Source of the DNA: Bacillota bacterium | GTDB lineage: Bacteria > Bacillota > Ch66 > Ch109 | Length of the DNA stretch: 64,000 bases | Direction: 5' to 3' | Assembly (NCBI GenBank): GCA_050952625.1 | Contig: JBMNLH010000005.1 | Span: 32,001 to 96,000 of the forward strand | Shown here: in pieces, positions 21,196-31,196 of the stretch | Layout: each line of letters opens with the position of its first letter | Numbering within the stretch: position 1 is the stretch's first letter | Notes under the pieces: model-generated | The model's input: only the letters and a program-made list of their open reading frames with translations | Database searches by the model: none | What the model was told of the DNA's origin: nothing | Position numbers and translations under genes: made by a program

Positions 21196-21946
21196 CCCTA
21201 TGGATTTGACAGGGAGAAAGATTCTTGTGACCGGGGCATCGTCGGGGATCGGCAGGGCAACTGCGATACATCTAAGTAGACTAGGTGCAAGGGTGATTAT
21301 GGTTGCTCGAAATGAAGAAAAACTAAAAGATACGCTTACCAGTATGGAGGGTGAAGGCCATAGCCTATATCCATATGATTTGAAAAACATCGAGAACATT
21401 GAGAGTTTTCTTGAAGGAATTATAAGTATAGAAGGCAAATTAAATGGCTTAGTTCATTGCGCTGGCGTGGGTGATATGCGTCCATTGCAAATGACAAAAT
21501 TTGATTTTATTCATGGTGTAATGTTAATTAATTTCTATGCTTTTGTTGAATTAGTGCGTGTAGCTGCAAAAAAGAAAAATCATGCGGAGAATGCTTCTTT
21601 TGTGTCAGTATCATCGGTGGCAAGTCTTGATGGTCAAAAATCAAAAACAGCGTATTGCGCATCAAAGGGTGCCCTTGACAGCGCAAGCAGGGCAATGGCA
21701 AAGGAGTTGGCATCAAAAAAGATCAGGGTTAACACAGTGATTCCTGGGTTTTTAAAAACTGACATGTATGATTCTTATGTCCAATCTACAGGCGAAGCGG
21801 ATTTTGAAAAAAATGTTTTAGCTTATCAATATTTGGGTCTCGGCCAACCGCTAGACGCCGCCAATGCCATAGCCTTCTTACTAAGTGACGCTTCAAAATT
21901 TATAACCGGTACTGGATTAATCGTTGACGGCGGCTATTTGTCATAG
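21188..21946 (+). CDS. SDR oxidoreductase (FabG-like)
   Basis: TGASSGIG, YCASK and VDGG motifs. Confidence 0.9.
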   Translation: MINPMDLTGRKILVTGASSGIGRATAIHLSRLGARVIMVARNEEKLKDTLTSMEGEGHSLYPYDLKNIENIESFLEGIISIEGKLNGLVHCAGVGDMRPLQMTKFDFIHGVMLINFYAFVELVRVAAKKKNHAENASFVSVSSVASLDGQKSKTAYCASKGALDSASRAMAKELASKKIRVNTVIPGFLKTDMYDSYVQSTGEADFEKNVLAYQYLGLGQPLDAANAIAFLLSDASKFITGTGLIVDGGYLS

Positions 21947-22081
21947 ATTTTCCAACCTTTATTCACTATTTTTATTCGTTCGAATCAATGTCGGTAGGAT
22001 TCGCACAATAAATAATGCCAAATATGTAAGCTGCTACAAGCAATCAAGGAAAAATATCAGAAAACAGGGAGGTAGCGATTA

Positions 22082-22300
22082 ATGCAATTACGTGAAAAAT
22101 TAGCTTTGCTGGAAGATATTTTTGAGCTGGAAGAAGGAAGTCTTAACGAGAACATGGCACTTTCGGAACTGGAATGTTGGGATTCCATGGCAGCAATTTC
22201 ATTGATAGTGCTGATGGACGAAGAGTTCGGTAAAAAGCTGACTGGTGATCAGATTAAGGCCTTTAAAACGGTCCAGGATATTCTGAATTTTATGGATTAA
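22082..22300 (+). CDS. Acyl carrier protein
   Basis: WDSM phosphopantetheine site; acidic 72-aa protein. Confidence 0.9.
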   Translation: MQLREKLALLEDIFELEEGSLNENMALSELECWDSMAAISLIVLMDEEFGKKLTGDQIKAFKTVQDILNFMD

Positions 22301-22460
22301 GTGTTATTAAAAAAGAGATATTGACAGATGAGATTCAATCAGGATTGATGAACTGAATAATAACCGTGTTGTGTTTTTGTAGATGGCGAGGTGCATTGCT
22401 CTATCTAAATTAAGAGAAATGACTGGTTTACAGAAACGCTGAAAAGTTAGGTGGGGAGTT

Positions 22461-23339
22461 ATGCCGAAAATTGGTCTGCTCTTTCCCGGCCAAGGATCGC
22501 AGTCCATAGGAATGGGCAAAGAATTATATCACCAGCTACCCAGTGCAAAAAGATTGATGGACATAGCTAACGACATACTTGGTTTTGATATTAAAAGTAT
22601 AGTGTTTGCCGGTTCACCGGACAAGCTGAGCTTGACAGAAATTGCCCAGCCAGCCATATATATTGTATCGGCCATGTACATGGAAAAATTTAAAGAACTT
22701 AGGGAACCCTTCGAAATAGTAGCCGGGCACAGCTTGGGTGAGTATTCTGCCTTATATGCCGCGGGAGTATTGAGCTTTGAGGATGGCCTACAGCTTGTCC
22801 GAAAAAGAGGCCTTGCAATGAGTAATACTAATGCCATGGGATCTATGTACGCGGTGATCGGTTTGACATTGGAAGAAGTCGAGCCTTATCTGGAGAAATA
22901 TGAACAAAAAGTTGTTGTAGCTAATATCAATACAAAAAACCAAATAGTTATATCGGGATATGTAAAAGAAGCGGCACAAGCGGCCGAGGAATTGGCAGAG
23001 TTAGATAATGTACAAGTTAAGCAGCTTAAAGTAAGCAGTGCTTTTCACAGTCCATTAATGAGTGAGGCCCAGACAATAATGGCAGAAGAAATTGATAAAG
23101 TTAATTTTATGGTGCCTAAGTGTTTTATTACACCAAACATTTCCGCCATTCCCACAAAAGATGTCCAGATTATACGGGAATCTTTAAAAAAACAAATTAC
23201 CGGAAAAGTGAATTGGGTGGACACTATTTTGGGCATGAAAACACTGGGGATAGAGCGACTATATGAAATAGGGCATGGGGATATCCTGCGAAAGATGAAC
23301 AAAGGTATTACATTAAGACCAAAATGTATTGGGATATAG
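22461..23339 (+). CDS. fabD: ACP S-malonyltransferase
   Basis: FPGQGSQ, GHSLGEY and AFHS motifs. Confidence 0.9.
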   Translation: MPKIGLLFPGQGSQSIGMGKELYHQLPSAKRLMDIANDILGFDIKSIVFAGSPDKLSLTEIAQPAIYIVSAMYMEKFKELREPFEIVAGHSLGEYSALYAAGVLSFEDGLQLVRKRGLAMSNTNAMGSMYAVIGLTLEEVEPYLEKYEQKVVVANINTKNQIVISGYVKEAAQAAEELAELDNVQVKQLKVSSAFHSPLMSEAQTIMAEEIDKVNFMVPKCFITPNISAIPTKDVQIIRESLKKQITGKVNWVDTILGMKTLGIERLYEIGHGDILRKMNKGITLRPKCIGI

Positions 23340-23460
23340 AGTATTGCATATGTTGCACTAATCAGGATTAATTTTTTCGGTTTGGCTTCTAGCAATACAG
23401 GAATTGGTATTATTTGATATTTTGGCAATCGTTTGATGAGTTATAAAAGGAGGGGATAGC

Positions 23461-24147
23461 TTGTACCTAGTCGTTAAACGATGTATAGACGTAATAGGAT
23501 CAGGACTAGGGCTTATTGTACTATCTCCTATATTGGCGGTTGTGGCAGTTGCTATTTGGATGCAGATAGGTCGCCCGATAATCTTTCGTCAAATGAGGCC
23601 TGGATTAAACGGACAGGCTTTTTATATGTATAAGTTTCGGACCATGACTGATGCCCGAGATGCTCGGGGCAATTTACTGCCTGACGAGCAACGGCTCACT
23701 CCAATTGGGAAATTTTTGCGAAAAACCAGTCTGGATGAGCTTCCTGAACTTATAAATGTACTTAAAGGGGATATGAGCCTGGTGGGACCACGGCCGCTGT
23801 TAATGCGGTATCTGGATAGATATACACCAGAACAGGCGAAAAGGCATGGAGTGAAACCGGGCATTACGGGTTGGGCGCAGGTAAATGGCCGTAATGCGTT
23901 AAGTTGGGAAGAAAAATTTACGTTAGATGTTTGGTATGTGGATAATTGTTCGTTATGGCTGGATTTAAAAATTTTGGCTCTAACGGTGATTAAGGTTTTC
24001 AAACGAGAGGGGATTAGTGCTGAAGGGTCGGCGACGATGCCGGAATTTATGGGCAGTTTTTCTGTAAACAATGATCAGTTACAGGCAGTTACACGTGGGA
24101 TTTATGAAGTAGCTGCTAGTAGCGAGGATACCAATCATCAAACATAG
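23461..24147 (+). CDS. Undecaprenyl-phosphate sugar phosphotransferase (PglC/EpsL-like)
   Basis: KFRTM, SLDELP, GDMSLVGPRP and PGITGWAQVNGRN motifs. Confidence 0.93.
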   Translation: MYLVVKRCIDVIGSGLGLIVLSPILAVVAVAIWMQIGRPIIFRQMRPGLNGQAFYMYKFRTMTDARDARGNLLPDEQRLTPIGKFLRKTSLDELPELINVLKGDMSLVGPRPLLMRYLDRYTPEQAKRHGVKPGITGWAQVNGRNALSWEEKFTLDVWYVDNCSLWLDLKILALTVIKVFKREGISAEGSATMPEFMGSFSVNNDQLQAVTRGIYEVAASSEDTNHQT

Positions 24148-24226
24148 GTTAGCGATATAGGTCTTTGAGTACGGAGAACCTAGAATAAATCCCTGACCAA
24201 TCATCAAACATAGGTTAGCGATATAG
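24130..24226 (+). repeat. Perfect 31-bp direct repeat with a 35-bp spacer
   Basis: accaatcatcaaacataggttagcgatatag at 24130-24160 and 24196-24226. Confidence 0.9.
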
Positions 24227-24252
24227 TACCAGTAGAATAGGAGCGTGTATTA

Positions 24253-25404
24253 ATGGAAGATAGCAAACCACGCATCTACCTCTCTCCTCCCCACATGAGC
24301 GGGTATGAGCTGGAGTACATAAAAGAAGCTTTCGAGTCCAACTGGATTGCTCCTTTGGGGCCGCAGGTCAACGCTTTTGAGGCGGAGATGGCGGAGTATG
24401 TGGGGTGCCGTAAGGCCCTGGCGGTCAGTTCCGGCACTGCTGCCATCCATCTGGCTTTACGGCTGTTAGGAGTAGGAGCGGGCGATCTGGTTTTCTGTTC
24501 GTCCCTCACTTTTATCGGTAGTGTTAACCCGGTGCTGTACCAAGGAGCAGTACCGGTTTTTCTTGATTCAGAACCCGAGAGTTGGAACATGTCGCCGGCA
24601 GCCTTGGGCCGGGCTTTTGCCTGGGCTGAGCAAGAGGGGCAACTGCCGAAGGCGGTTATTGTGGTAAACCTGTACGGGCAGAGCGCGGATATGGGGCCGA
24701 TTCTGGAGATTTGCCATGCCTATGGAGTACCAGTGGTGGAGGATGCTGCTGAGTCCCTGGGAGCAACTTATCGGGGAAGAGCGAGCGGCACCTGGGGGAA
24801 ATTCGGGATCTTTTCGTTTAACGGGAACAAGATCATCACTACTTCTGGTGGAGGGATGCTGGTGTCTGATGATGCAGAAGCCCTGGAGAAGGCCCTTTTT
24901 TGGGCGACCCAGGCGCGGGATCCAGCTCCCTGGTACCAGCATACGGAAATGGGCTTTAACTACCGGATGAGTAACATTGTGGCCGCTATCGGTCGGGGTC
25001 AGCTTAAAGTATTAGATCAAAGAGTTCAGGCCCGACGAGAGATTTTTCGCCGCTATGAGGCGGCTTTATCCGGTATAGAGGGGATTAGTTTTATGCCGGA
25101 GATGGCCTCTGGCCGGGCCAACCGGTGGCTGACAGTGATGCTAGTTGACCCGGTGGTGTGTGGGGTCGGAGTGATGGAGATCATTAAAGCTCTGGAAAGC
25201 GAAAACATCGAGTCCCGACCGGTCTGGAAGCCCATGCACCGGCAGCCGTTATTTGCTGGTTGTCAATATTTTACCCACGGCGAGGAAGAAAGCGTCTCTG
25301 ATCGGTTATTTGAGCAAGGGATCTGTCTGCCTTCCGGTTCAAGCCTGAGTCAAGCAGACCAGGAGCGAGTGATCCGAACAATTAAGCAAATGGTTAAAGG
25401 TTAA
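24253..25404 (+). CDS. DegT/DnrJ/EryC1/StrS aminotransferase (PglE/EpsN-like)
   Basis: LSPPHM, SSGTAAIHL, EDAAESLG and SFNGNKIITTSGGG motifs. Confidence 0.93.
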   Translation: MEDSKPRIYLSPPHMSGYELEYIKEAFESNWIAPLGPQVNAFEAEMAEYVGCRKALAVSSGTAAIHLALRLLGVGAGDLVFCSSLTFIGSVNPVLYQGAVPVFLDSEPESWNMSPAALGRAFAWAEQEGQLPKAVIVVNLYGQSADMGPILEICHAYGVPVVEDAAESLGATYRGRASGTWGKFGIFSFNGNKIITTSGGGMLVSDDAEALEKALFWATQARDPAPWYQHTEMGFNYRMSNIVAAIGRGQLKVLDQRVQARREIFRRYEAALSGIEGISFMPEMASGRANRWLTVMLVDPVVCGVGVMEIIKALESENIESRPVWKPMHRQPLFAGCQYFTHGEEESVSDRLFEQGICLPSGSSLSQADQERVIRTIKQMVKG

Positions 25405-25552
25405 CGACCATATCAGCCATGGGGACGGTTCTTGTGGCCGGCATCGGTGCTTATGCCCTACGGGCACAGGTGATTGGTTGAATTATCAAAGTAATAATCA
25501 AGGCAATAATCAACTATTCATTATCTCGCTTGGATATTTTGGAGGTATTTAG

Positions 25553-26668
25553 TTGCATAGACGGTATGATGCAGTGGTGCTGGGGGGAGGAATTAACGGC
25601 TGCGCGATTGCCCGTAAGCTTTCTCAGGAGGGAATGAGGGTGGTCCTATTGGAAAGAGGGGCGATTGGCGGCGGAACCTCGGCCAATAGTTCCAAACTGA
25701 TCCACGGTGGGCTGCGCTATCTGGAGAATGGACAGTTCGACCTAGTCAAGGAATCACTAAAGGATCGCCAGAGACTAGCCAAGTTGTATCCAGACCTAGT
25801 TAGAATGGTCCCCTTTTATCTGCCAGTCTATCAGGACAGTCTCCGGCCTGGGTGGATGATCCGCTTGGGACTGCTTTTATATGATGCCTTTTCCCGGCAA
25901 CGCGCCTATCATTCTCGAGAGGTCAACAAGAATGCGTTTCTTAATCGGTTCCCCAATATTAAGCCCGAAGGTTTGCGCCGGGTGTATGTTTATTATGACG
26001 GAAAAACCGATGACCAGGAACTGACCCGCCGGCTAGCCTGTGATGCTAGGGAGAACGGAGGAGTGGTGCAGGAGTACTGTTCAGTGAGCGATATCAGCTT
26101 AGCAGATGGGGGTTGGGCGGTTAGTTATACGGATAGTCAAGGGGAACAGCAGCTAAAGGCTCCTCTGTTGATTAATGTTACCGGTCCCTGGATTGATGAG
26201 GTAAACGAACGGTATGGCTTGCCCCATAATTACCGTATCACTCGGGTCAGTGGCATCCATATTGTGATCAATCGGGAACTGGTGCCGGACTGCCTGTTTT
26301 TACAGACCCGCACTAAGCGGATCTTTTTTATGATTCCTTGGCGTGAGGGTAAAACCATTATCGGTACGACCGAACGAGTGGAAAATTGCCCTTGTGATGC
26401 GGTGCAGATTAACGAGTTCGATATCGATTACCTGCTGGCTTGTGCCAATCGTTATTTAAGAAACCCGGTGAATAAAAGCGATATTGTCGACACCTTTTTA
26501 GGGATCAGACCGTTGATTATGGATAAAAGAGTTAAAGACGTCAGTCAGATGAGCCGGGAGTATAAGCTTGACGTGGTGGAATACCAGGGAGCTAAGCTGA
26601 TCCATGTTTTTGGCGGTAAGTTGACCACTTGCCTGAGTATGGCCGAGAAGGTTTGGCGAAGAATTTAG
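25553..26668 (+). CDS. FAD-dependent glycerol-3-phosphate dehydrogenase/oxidase-like protein (short form)
   Basis: GGGING, GTSANSSKLIHGGLRYLE and GGKLTT motifs. Confidence 0.85.
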   Translation: MHRRYDAVVLGGGINGCAIARKLSQEGMRVVLLERGAIGGGTSANSSKLIHGGLRYLENGQFDLVKESLKDRQRLAKLYPDLVRMVPFYLPVYQDSLRPGWMIRLGLLLYDAFSRQRAYHSREVNKNAFLNRFPNIKPEGLRRVYVYYDGKTDDQELTRRLACDARENGGVVQEYCSVSDISLADGGWAVSYTDSQGEQQLKAPLLINVTGPWIDEVNERYGLPHNYRITRVSGIHIVINRELVPDCLFLQTRTKRIFFMIPWREGKTIIGTTERVENCPCDAVQINEFDIDYLLACANRYLRNPVNKSDIVDTFLGIRPLIMDKRVKDVSQMSREYKLDVVEYQGAKLIHVFGGKLTTCLSMAEKVWRRI

Positions 26669-26699
26669 GCGGGTGTAAGTATAAACCAGATTCACCATA

Positions 26700-26890
26700 A
26701 GGAGCAGTGGGGTCGTTGGCTATATTGATAATAAGCAGGTCATGCTGGCTTTGTTTATTTGTATTTTGTATGCTGTCTCGGATGAGGTCCATCAGCTGTT
26801 CGTCCCCGGCTCGGGGTGGACGGCTAAAGGACGTCATCCTAGACAGTGCTGGAGCAGCCATTGGGGTTTGTTTATTATGGCGTTGTTTCC
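26700..26890 (+). pseudogene. 3' remnant of a vanZ-family gene
   Basis: YAVSDEVHQLFVPG followed by a frameshift to LKDVILDSAG; homologous to 40610-40790. Confidence 0.85.
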
Positions 26891-27145
26891 GAAAAAGGCC
26901 GGGTTTTTCTCGGGCATTGCTTAGTGACAAATAGAGCTTAGATCTGATTATCTTGGGTCCGGTTAGTTTGGCTCAAAGCGAGCAGATGAAGCAGCGTTAG
27001 CCAGGTCCCTTGCTGGAACAGATAGGCATAAAGTTTATTCAGTTCATCAGTGCGCCGATAAAATTGTTTGAATGATAAGTAATAATATGGTAAAATGCGC
27101 TTAAAGGACTGCGTTGCAAAACGAATGCAGGCCGGGAGGTGCAGT

Positions 27146-27742
27146 ATGGTAGTAATTCACATATTGAGAAAGGAGTTTTATAGACGAGGAGGAATCCTGA
27201 AAACTGCGGAGCTTAATGAACTAGGGCTTTCAAGCCGCCAGATAAAAAGGCTTTTAGATGAAGGAGTTATTACAAGGATTAAACGTGGTTTTTACGAGCT
27301 GACGGATTATGTTAGCCGGGAAGAGGTGATTATAGCACGACTATTCCCACAAGCGGTTATATTTCTTGAAAGTGCTCTGTTGCACTATGGTTATACAGAT
27401 CGCATACCGTTAGCATGGCAAATAGCTGTGGACAGATATAGTAAAACAACCCAATATAATATAGATTATCCTTTAATAGAACCTTACTATCTTGAACCAA
27501 AGTTTATAGATATTGGTGTAGATATAATACAGGTAGATGGTGTAAAAGTTAGAATATATGACAGAGACCGCACAATCTGTGATGTCCTTCGTTATGAGAA
27601 AAAGCTAGAGAAAGAAGTATTTAATAATGCAATTGGGCGTTATGTAAAGGACACGATAAAAAATATAAGAAAGCTGTTTGAGTATGCAGAAATATTTAAT
27701 ATAAAGAATAAAGTGCAAACATATGTAGGAGTGTGGTTGTAA
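27146..27742 (+). CDS. Type IV TA antitoxin, AbiEi family
   Basis: N-terminal wHTH (RIKRGFY); ESALLHYG and YDRDRTICD motifs. Confidence 0.85.
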   Translation: MVVIHILRKEFYRRGGILKTAELNELGLSSRQIKRLLDEGVITRIKRGFYELTDYVSREEVIIARLFPQAVIFLESALLHYGYTDRIPLAWQIAVDRYSKTTQYNIDYPLIEPYYLEPKFIDIGVDIIQVDGVKVRIYDRDRTICDVLRYEKKLEKEVFNNAIGRYVKDTIKNIRKLFEYAEIFNIKNKVQTYVGVWL

Positions 27743-28272
27743 TAGGAAATATTGAAGCTTCAGTCTTAGCAAGACTAAAAAATAAATCAAAAGAACAAGG
27801 TATCCCATTACAGCAACTCTTAAATTTATTTTGCCAAGAGGAATTTATCCGAAGGCTTTCCGTAAGCAACTACAAAGAAAAACTCATTCTTAAAGGCGGT
27901 CTTTTATTATATTCAATTAGTGGATTTACCGCAAGACCGACAGTCGATGCGGATTATCTTTTGAAAAATTATCCTAGCGACCCGGATGCAGTGGGAGATC
28001 TTGTTAAGGAAATAATTTCCTCGCCTAGCAAAAACGATTTTATACAGTTTGAGGTTAGAAGGTTAGAAACTATCAGCGAGATAAGGGAATATCATGGTAT
28101 TAGAGTTAATCTTATGGGGTTTATTGGAAGGACAAAGACCCCTTTTGGTATAGATTTTGGAGTTGATGTTGTCGAAATAATAATTGATTTTCTTCAGCCA
28201 CCATATGAAGCACTGATTCAGGAGGATGAACTATTTAAAAATTGGAACCATAAGGAAAGAAGGTATATTTAA
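27733..28272 (+). pseudogene. AbiEii nucleotidyltransferase toxin, internally deleted
   Basis: ASVLARLKN, LKGG and RPTVDAD motifs; abrupt junction DFGVDVV|EIIIDFLQP; only 179 aa. Confidence 0.8.
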
Positions 28273-28385
28273 TATGAAACAGCTAAATATGCTTTATGTC
28301 GGCTACTTTAACCGAAAGTATAATTTTTTGATTGATTAACAGCAATCGCCCCCCTTTTTAGAAGTAAAGCACGGAACTAAATACA

Positions 28386-28414
28386 ATTGTAGCAGAACAT
28401 ATGTTCTGCTACAA
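28386..28414 (-). promoter_or_regulatory. Sigma-A promoter with a LexA box; 28-bp perfect palindrome
   Basis: TTGTAG-17 bp-TACAAT; GAACATATGTTC at 28395-28406. Confidence 0.8.
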
Positions 28415-28461
28415 AGAATATAAACTGCTTCTGATCCCGATATTTTTGCTTTGATCCAGGT

Positions 28462-28629
28462 TTATTTCGAGGAAGAGGGATATAACGCGTTATTGCCACC
28501 TATTTCCTGGCCCAGGTGGACAATCGCTACCGTGAGTTCGTCTAACTTCTTTTCTACCCGTACGAGCAGAAAGACCGTGACCAGCATCGGAAAGCCGTAG
28601 TTGCCAATCTGGGTCCATAAGGTTTCCAT
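28462..28629 (-). CDS. YvrJ family protein, copy 2
   Basis: Nearly identical to 16963-17130. Confidence 0.85.
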   Translation of the reverse strand: METLWTQIGNYGFPMLVTVFLLVRVEKKLDELTVAIVHLGQEIGGNNALYPSSSK

Positions 28630-29036
28630 AGTCTCACCTCTTTCTGGCTGCTGCATTTGCTGTCATTTTGAGCAGAGCGAAGATCTTGACACCATTGTTT
28701 CCATCTGTCAGCCTGAGTGTCAGCGGAGAGGATTCTTCACTCCGTTCAAAACTATCCTGCGTTGACCGCACCACAATAAGTGAATAATGGTATATTCAAA
28801 GCAATGACAAATACAATGGGTCTGATCCCGGGTCGGGGTCCGGGATCAGCGGGATAAACTTTAATTTAAGCTGGTTATACTCGGCATGGTCTGGTTATTC
28901 TAAGCATGGTTTAGATCTAGGTCCTTTAGAGTTAGTACGTCTAGGTTATGTGTGCCGTCGCTCGGGTATTGTTCCGAGTAAGGGCCTCTTTAGGTAAATC
29001 AAACCCTGAGGATTCAAATCACTGAGGTGGTTTTAG

Positions 29037-29258
29037 CTACTCCGCTTCAAACAACTGCACGGTTTCGCGACTGACGATGCGGGCCTCAATTACCCCCACC
29101 AGGTCCCCAGTGGAACTGGTAAAGATGTTTTTGGCGACAATGGTGTTCATCGCGTTTTGCACGGTCGTAGCGTCCAGGGTTTCCAGCGGATCGTCTAAGG
29201 AGAGGGTTACCCGGCGTCCGCCGGCGGTCCGAAAAACCATCTGTAATTGTTGATTCAT
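29037..29258 (-). CDS. DUF2922 family protein, copy 2
   Basis: Nearly identical to 17520-17741. Confidence 0.8.
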   Translation of the reverse strand: MNQQLQMVFRTAGGRRVTLSLDDPLETLDATTVQNAMNTIVAKNIFTSSTGDLVGVIEARIVSRETVQLFEAE

Positions 29259-29464
29259 TTGCTTTACTCCTTTCTGGCCTAGCCCGTCTGGTGACTAGGA
29301 CTGCCTGCATGGATCCAGGCAGGTCCTTATGACTCTGCCGATCCGCCAGTCAGCGGCGGGTGACTGGGGCGTCTGTGAACCAGGAAGGCCAGGCCGTATA
29401 ATTGGTTTTTTGATTTGGTTAGGTTAGGTTTGATCTGTTTTGAACTGGTCTGGCAATCTGCTGA

Positions 29465-29689
29465 CTACTCGTTTTCCAGACTGAATTCATCAATCCGCTG
29501 CACCGCATTTAAGGTGTGCTGCTGCAGGGACACCAGCAGGTTGGCGACGTCAAAAACGTCCTGATCATCTGCGCTGGGTTTGACGTTGCGGAAGCTCCGA
29601 TTTTTGAGAATCGGGCTGCCCTCCTGATCAAAGCCGGTTTCCAGGGTGATCCGTAAGGTGCTTCCCAGAGGGGTTTCTAAAACTGCCAT
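29465..29689 (-). CDS. DUF1659 family protein, copy 2
   Basis: Nearly identical to 18019-18243. Confidence 0.8.
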   Translation of the reverse strand: MAVLETPLGSTLRITLETGFDQEGSPILKNRSFRNVKPSADDQDVFDVANLLVSLQQHTLNAVQRIDEFSLENE

Positions 29690-29714
29690 TTGGTTTCACC
29701 TCCTTTCGAGGTCT

Positions 29715-29765
29715 ATTGTACGGGGGAAATCAGGATCTGCCAAAGGCCGAACGAACATTAGTTCG
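29715..29765 (-). promoter_or_regulatory. Promoter with a LexA box, copy 2
   Basis: TTGGCA-17 bp-TACAAT; CGAACATTAGTTCG at 29752-29765. Confidence 0.75.
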
Positions 29766-30132
29766 GACGGGGGGTGATGATATACCTGGCGAGTTGGGCG
29801 GGAGTCAGGGCGAATTGAAACAGAGGCGGGATGTACCGGTCAGGTCGAGAAGGGATGAGAGAGGCGAGTGGGGTCCGGGGAGGGTTGTTGTAGTTTGAAC
29901 AACCAACCTTTTTATTTTTTATTTTTATATGGAATAATTTAGGTAAAGATGGGTCGCCCAGTTATTTTTAAACAAAGGCGACCCGGTTATAAAGGCAATC
30001 CTGTTTGAATTAGTTGATGAAACCCTGAAGAATAAATTTCCTATATAAATGGGTTAAAATGATTGATTCTTTTTATTGGGGATATTACAATTTCTATAGA
30101 GTTTAATATTATATCAGGTAGGAGGTGATGAA

Positions 30133-31149
30133 GTGAATAGTATTACATCTTTAAACATTGAATTATTAGGAAAATGCCTTTTGGAATGCAGGCATTGTTC
30201 ATCTTCATCTTCCTTCATCCGAAATGATAAACTTGATATCAGGTATATCAAACAATTGCTTATAGAGGGCAGTAGTTTTGGGGCTGGTTACCTCAGCATT
30301 TCTGGGGGGGAACCCTTATTATATGAAGATTTATTTAATGTTTTGACATTAGCCAGGGATTTGAAATATAAGGTAAGAATATATACTTCAGGTATTATTG
30401 GAAACATAGATAGCTTGAAAGCTGTTGATACTCAGTTTCTGCAAAAAATCAAGGCGTTCAATAACGTAGAGGCGATGATTTTTAGTTTACATGCTCCCTC
30501 TGCTGAAATTCATGATTACATAACACAAAGGCCAGGAAGTTTTGATTTTACAGTAGAAGCTATACAGCGCGCTATTGCAGTAGGCTTGGTCACTGAGGTC
30601 CATACTGTGCCGATGAGTGTCAATTATGCTCTCATACCTAAATTGATTCGATTTGCCGAAGAATGTGGGGTATCCGAGCTTTCTTTATTAAGACTAGTTC
30701 CCCAGGGTCGGTGTACAGAGAACAAGCATCTTATAATGAACGGGGCGGAAACTGCACAATTTACTAAATTAGTTAATAAGTTGGATTCTCATGTTTTATC
30801 AATACGCAAAGGGGCTCCTTACAGGTGTTTGTTTTTAAATGAAGCAGGTGTCTGTAGTGCTGGGGTAGATAAACTATTAATTAGTCCGGATGGAAGCGTT
30901 CATCCATGTGAAGCTTTTAAATTTACCGAATCAGATTCTAACATATATGACAAAAGTCTTAAAGAAATATGGGAGACAGACCGCATTTTGAACGAAATAC
31001 GGAATTTGAGCATTGAGCAAATCAATGTATGTAATCAGTGTCCTAACGTAAACAAGTGTTCCGGGGGATGCCCTGGACAGCGGTTGCTTGAATACAAAAA
31101 TGTTTTAATTGGACCGGACCCGATATGTATGGTTAATCCTAAGTTGTAA
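30133..31149 (+). CDS. Radical SAM/SPASM domain protein
   Basis: CLLECRHC, SGGEPLL; SPASM C-x-AG...PDGSVHPC and CxxCx5CxGGCP motifs. Confidence 0.9.
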   Translation: MNSITSLNIELLGKCLLECRHCSSSSSFIRNDKLDIRYIKQLLIEGSSFGAGYLSISGGEPLLYEDLFNVLTLARDLKYKVRIYTSGIIGNIDSLKAVDTQFLQKIKAFNNVEAMIFSLHAPSAEIHDYITQRPGSFDFTVEAIQRAIAVGLVTEVHTVPMSVNYALIPKLIRFAEECGVSELSLLRLVPQGRCTENKHLIMNGAETAQFTKLVNKLDSHVLSIRKGAPYRCLFLNEAGVCSAGVDKLLISPDGSVHPCEAFKFTESDSNIYDKSLKEIWETDRILNEIRNLSIEQINVCNQCPNVNKCSGGCPGQRLLEYKNVLIGPDPICMVNPKL

Positions 31150-31196
31150 GCGGGGTGATTTAAGTCTTTAAATATTTAGAAAAACACGGTGCCGAA

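Larger units (their letters stand above)
28330..29906 (-). repeat. DUF1659-DUF2922-YvrJ module, copy 2 (ComK-like gene lost after its RBS)
   Basis: Homologous to 16820-18480. Confidence 0.9.

Noticed and set aside
30133-31149. Viperin or RiPP maturase assignment for the radical SAM protein
   Set aside because: It has a full SPASM domain, unlike viperins, and no convincing precursor peptide or transporter is adjacent; left unassigned
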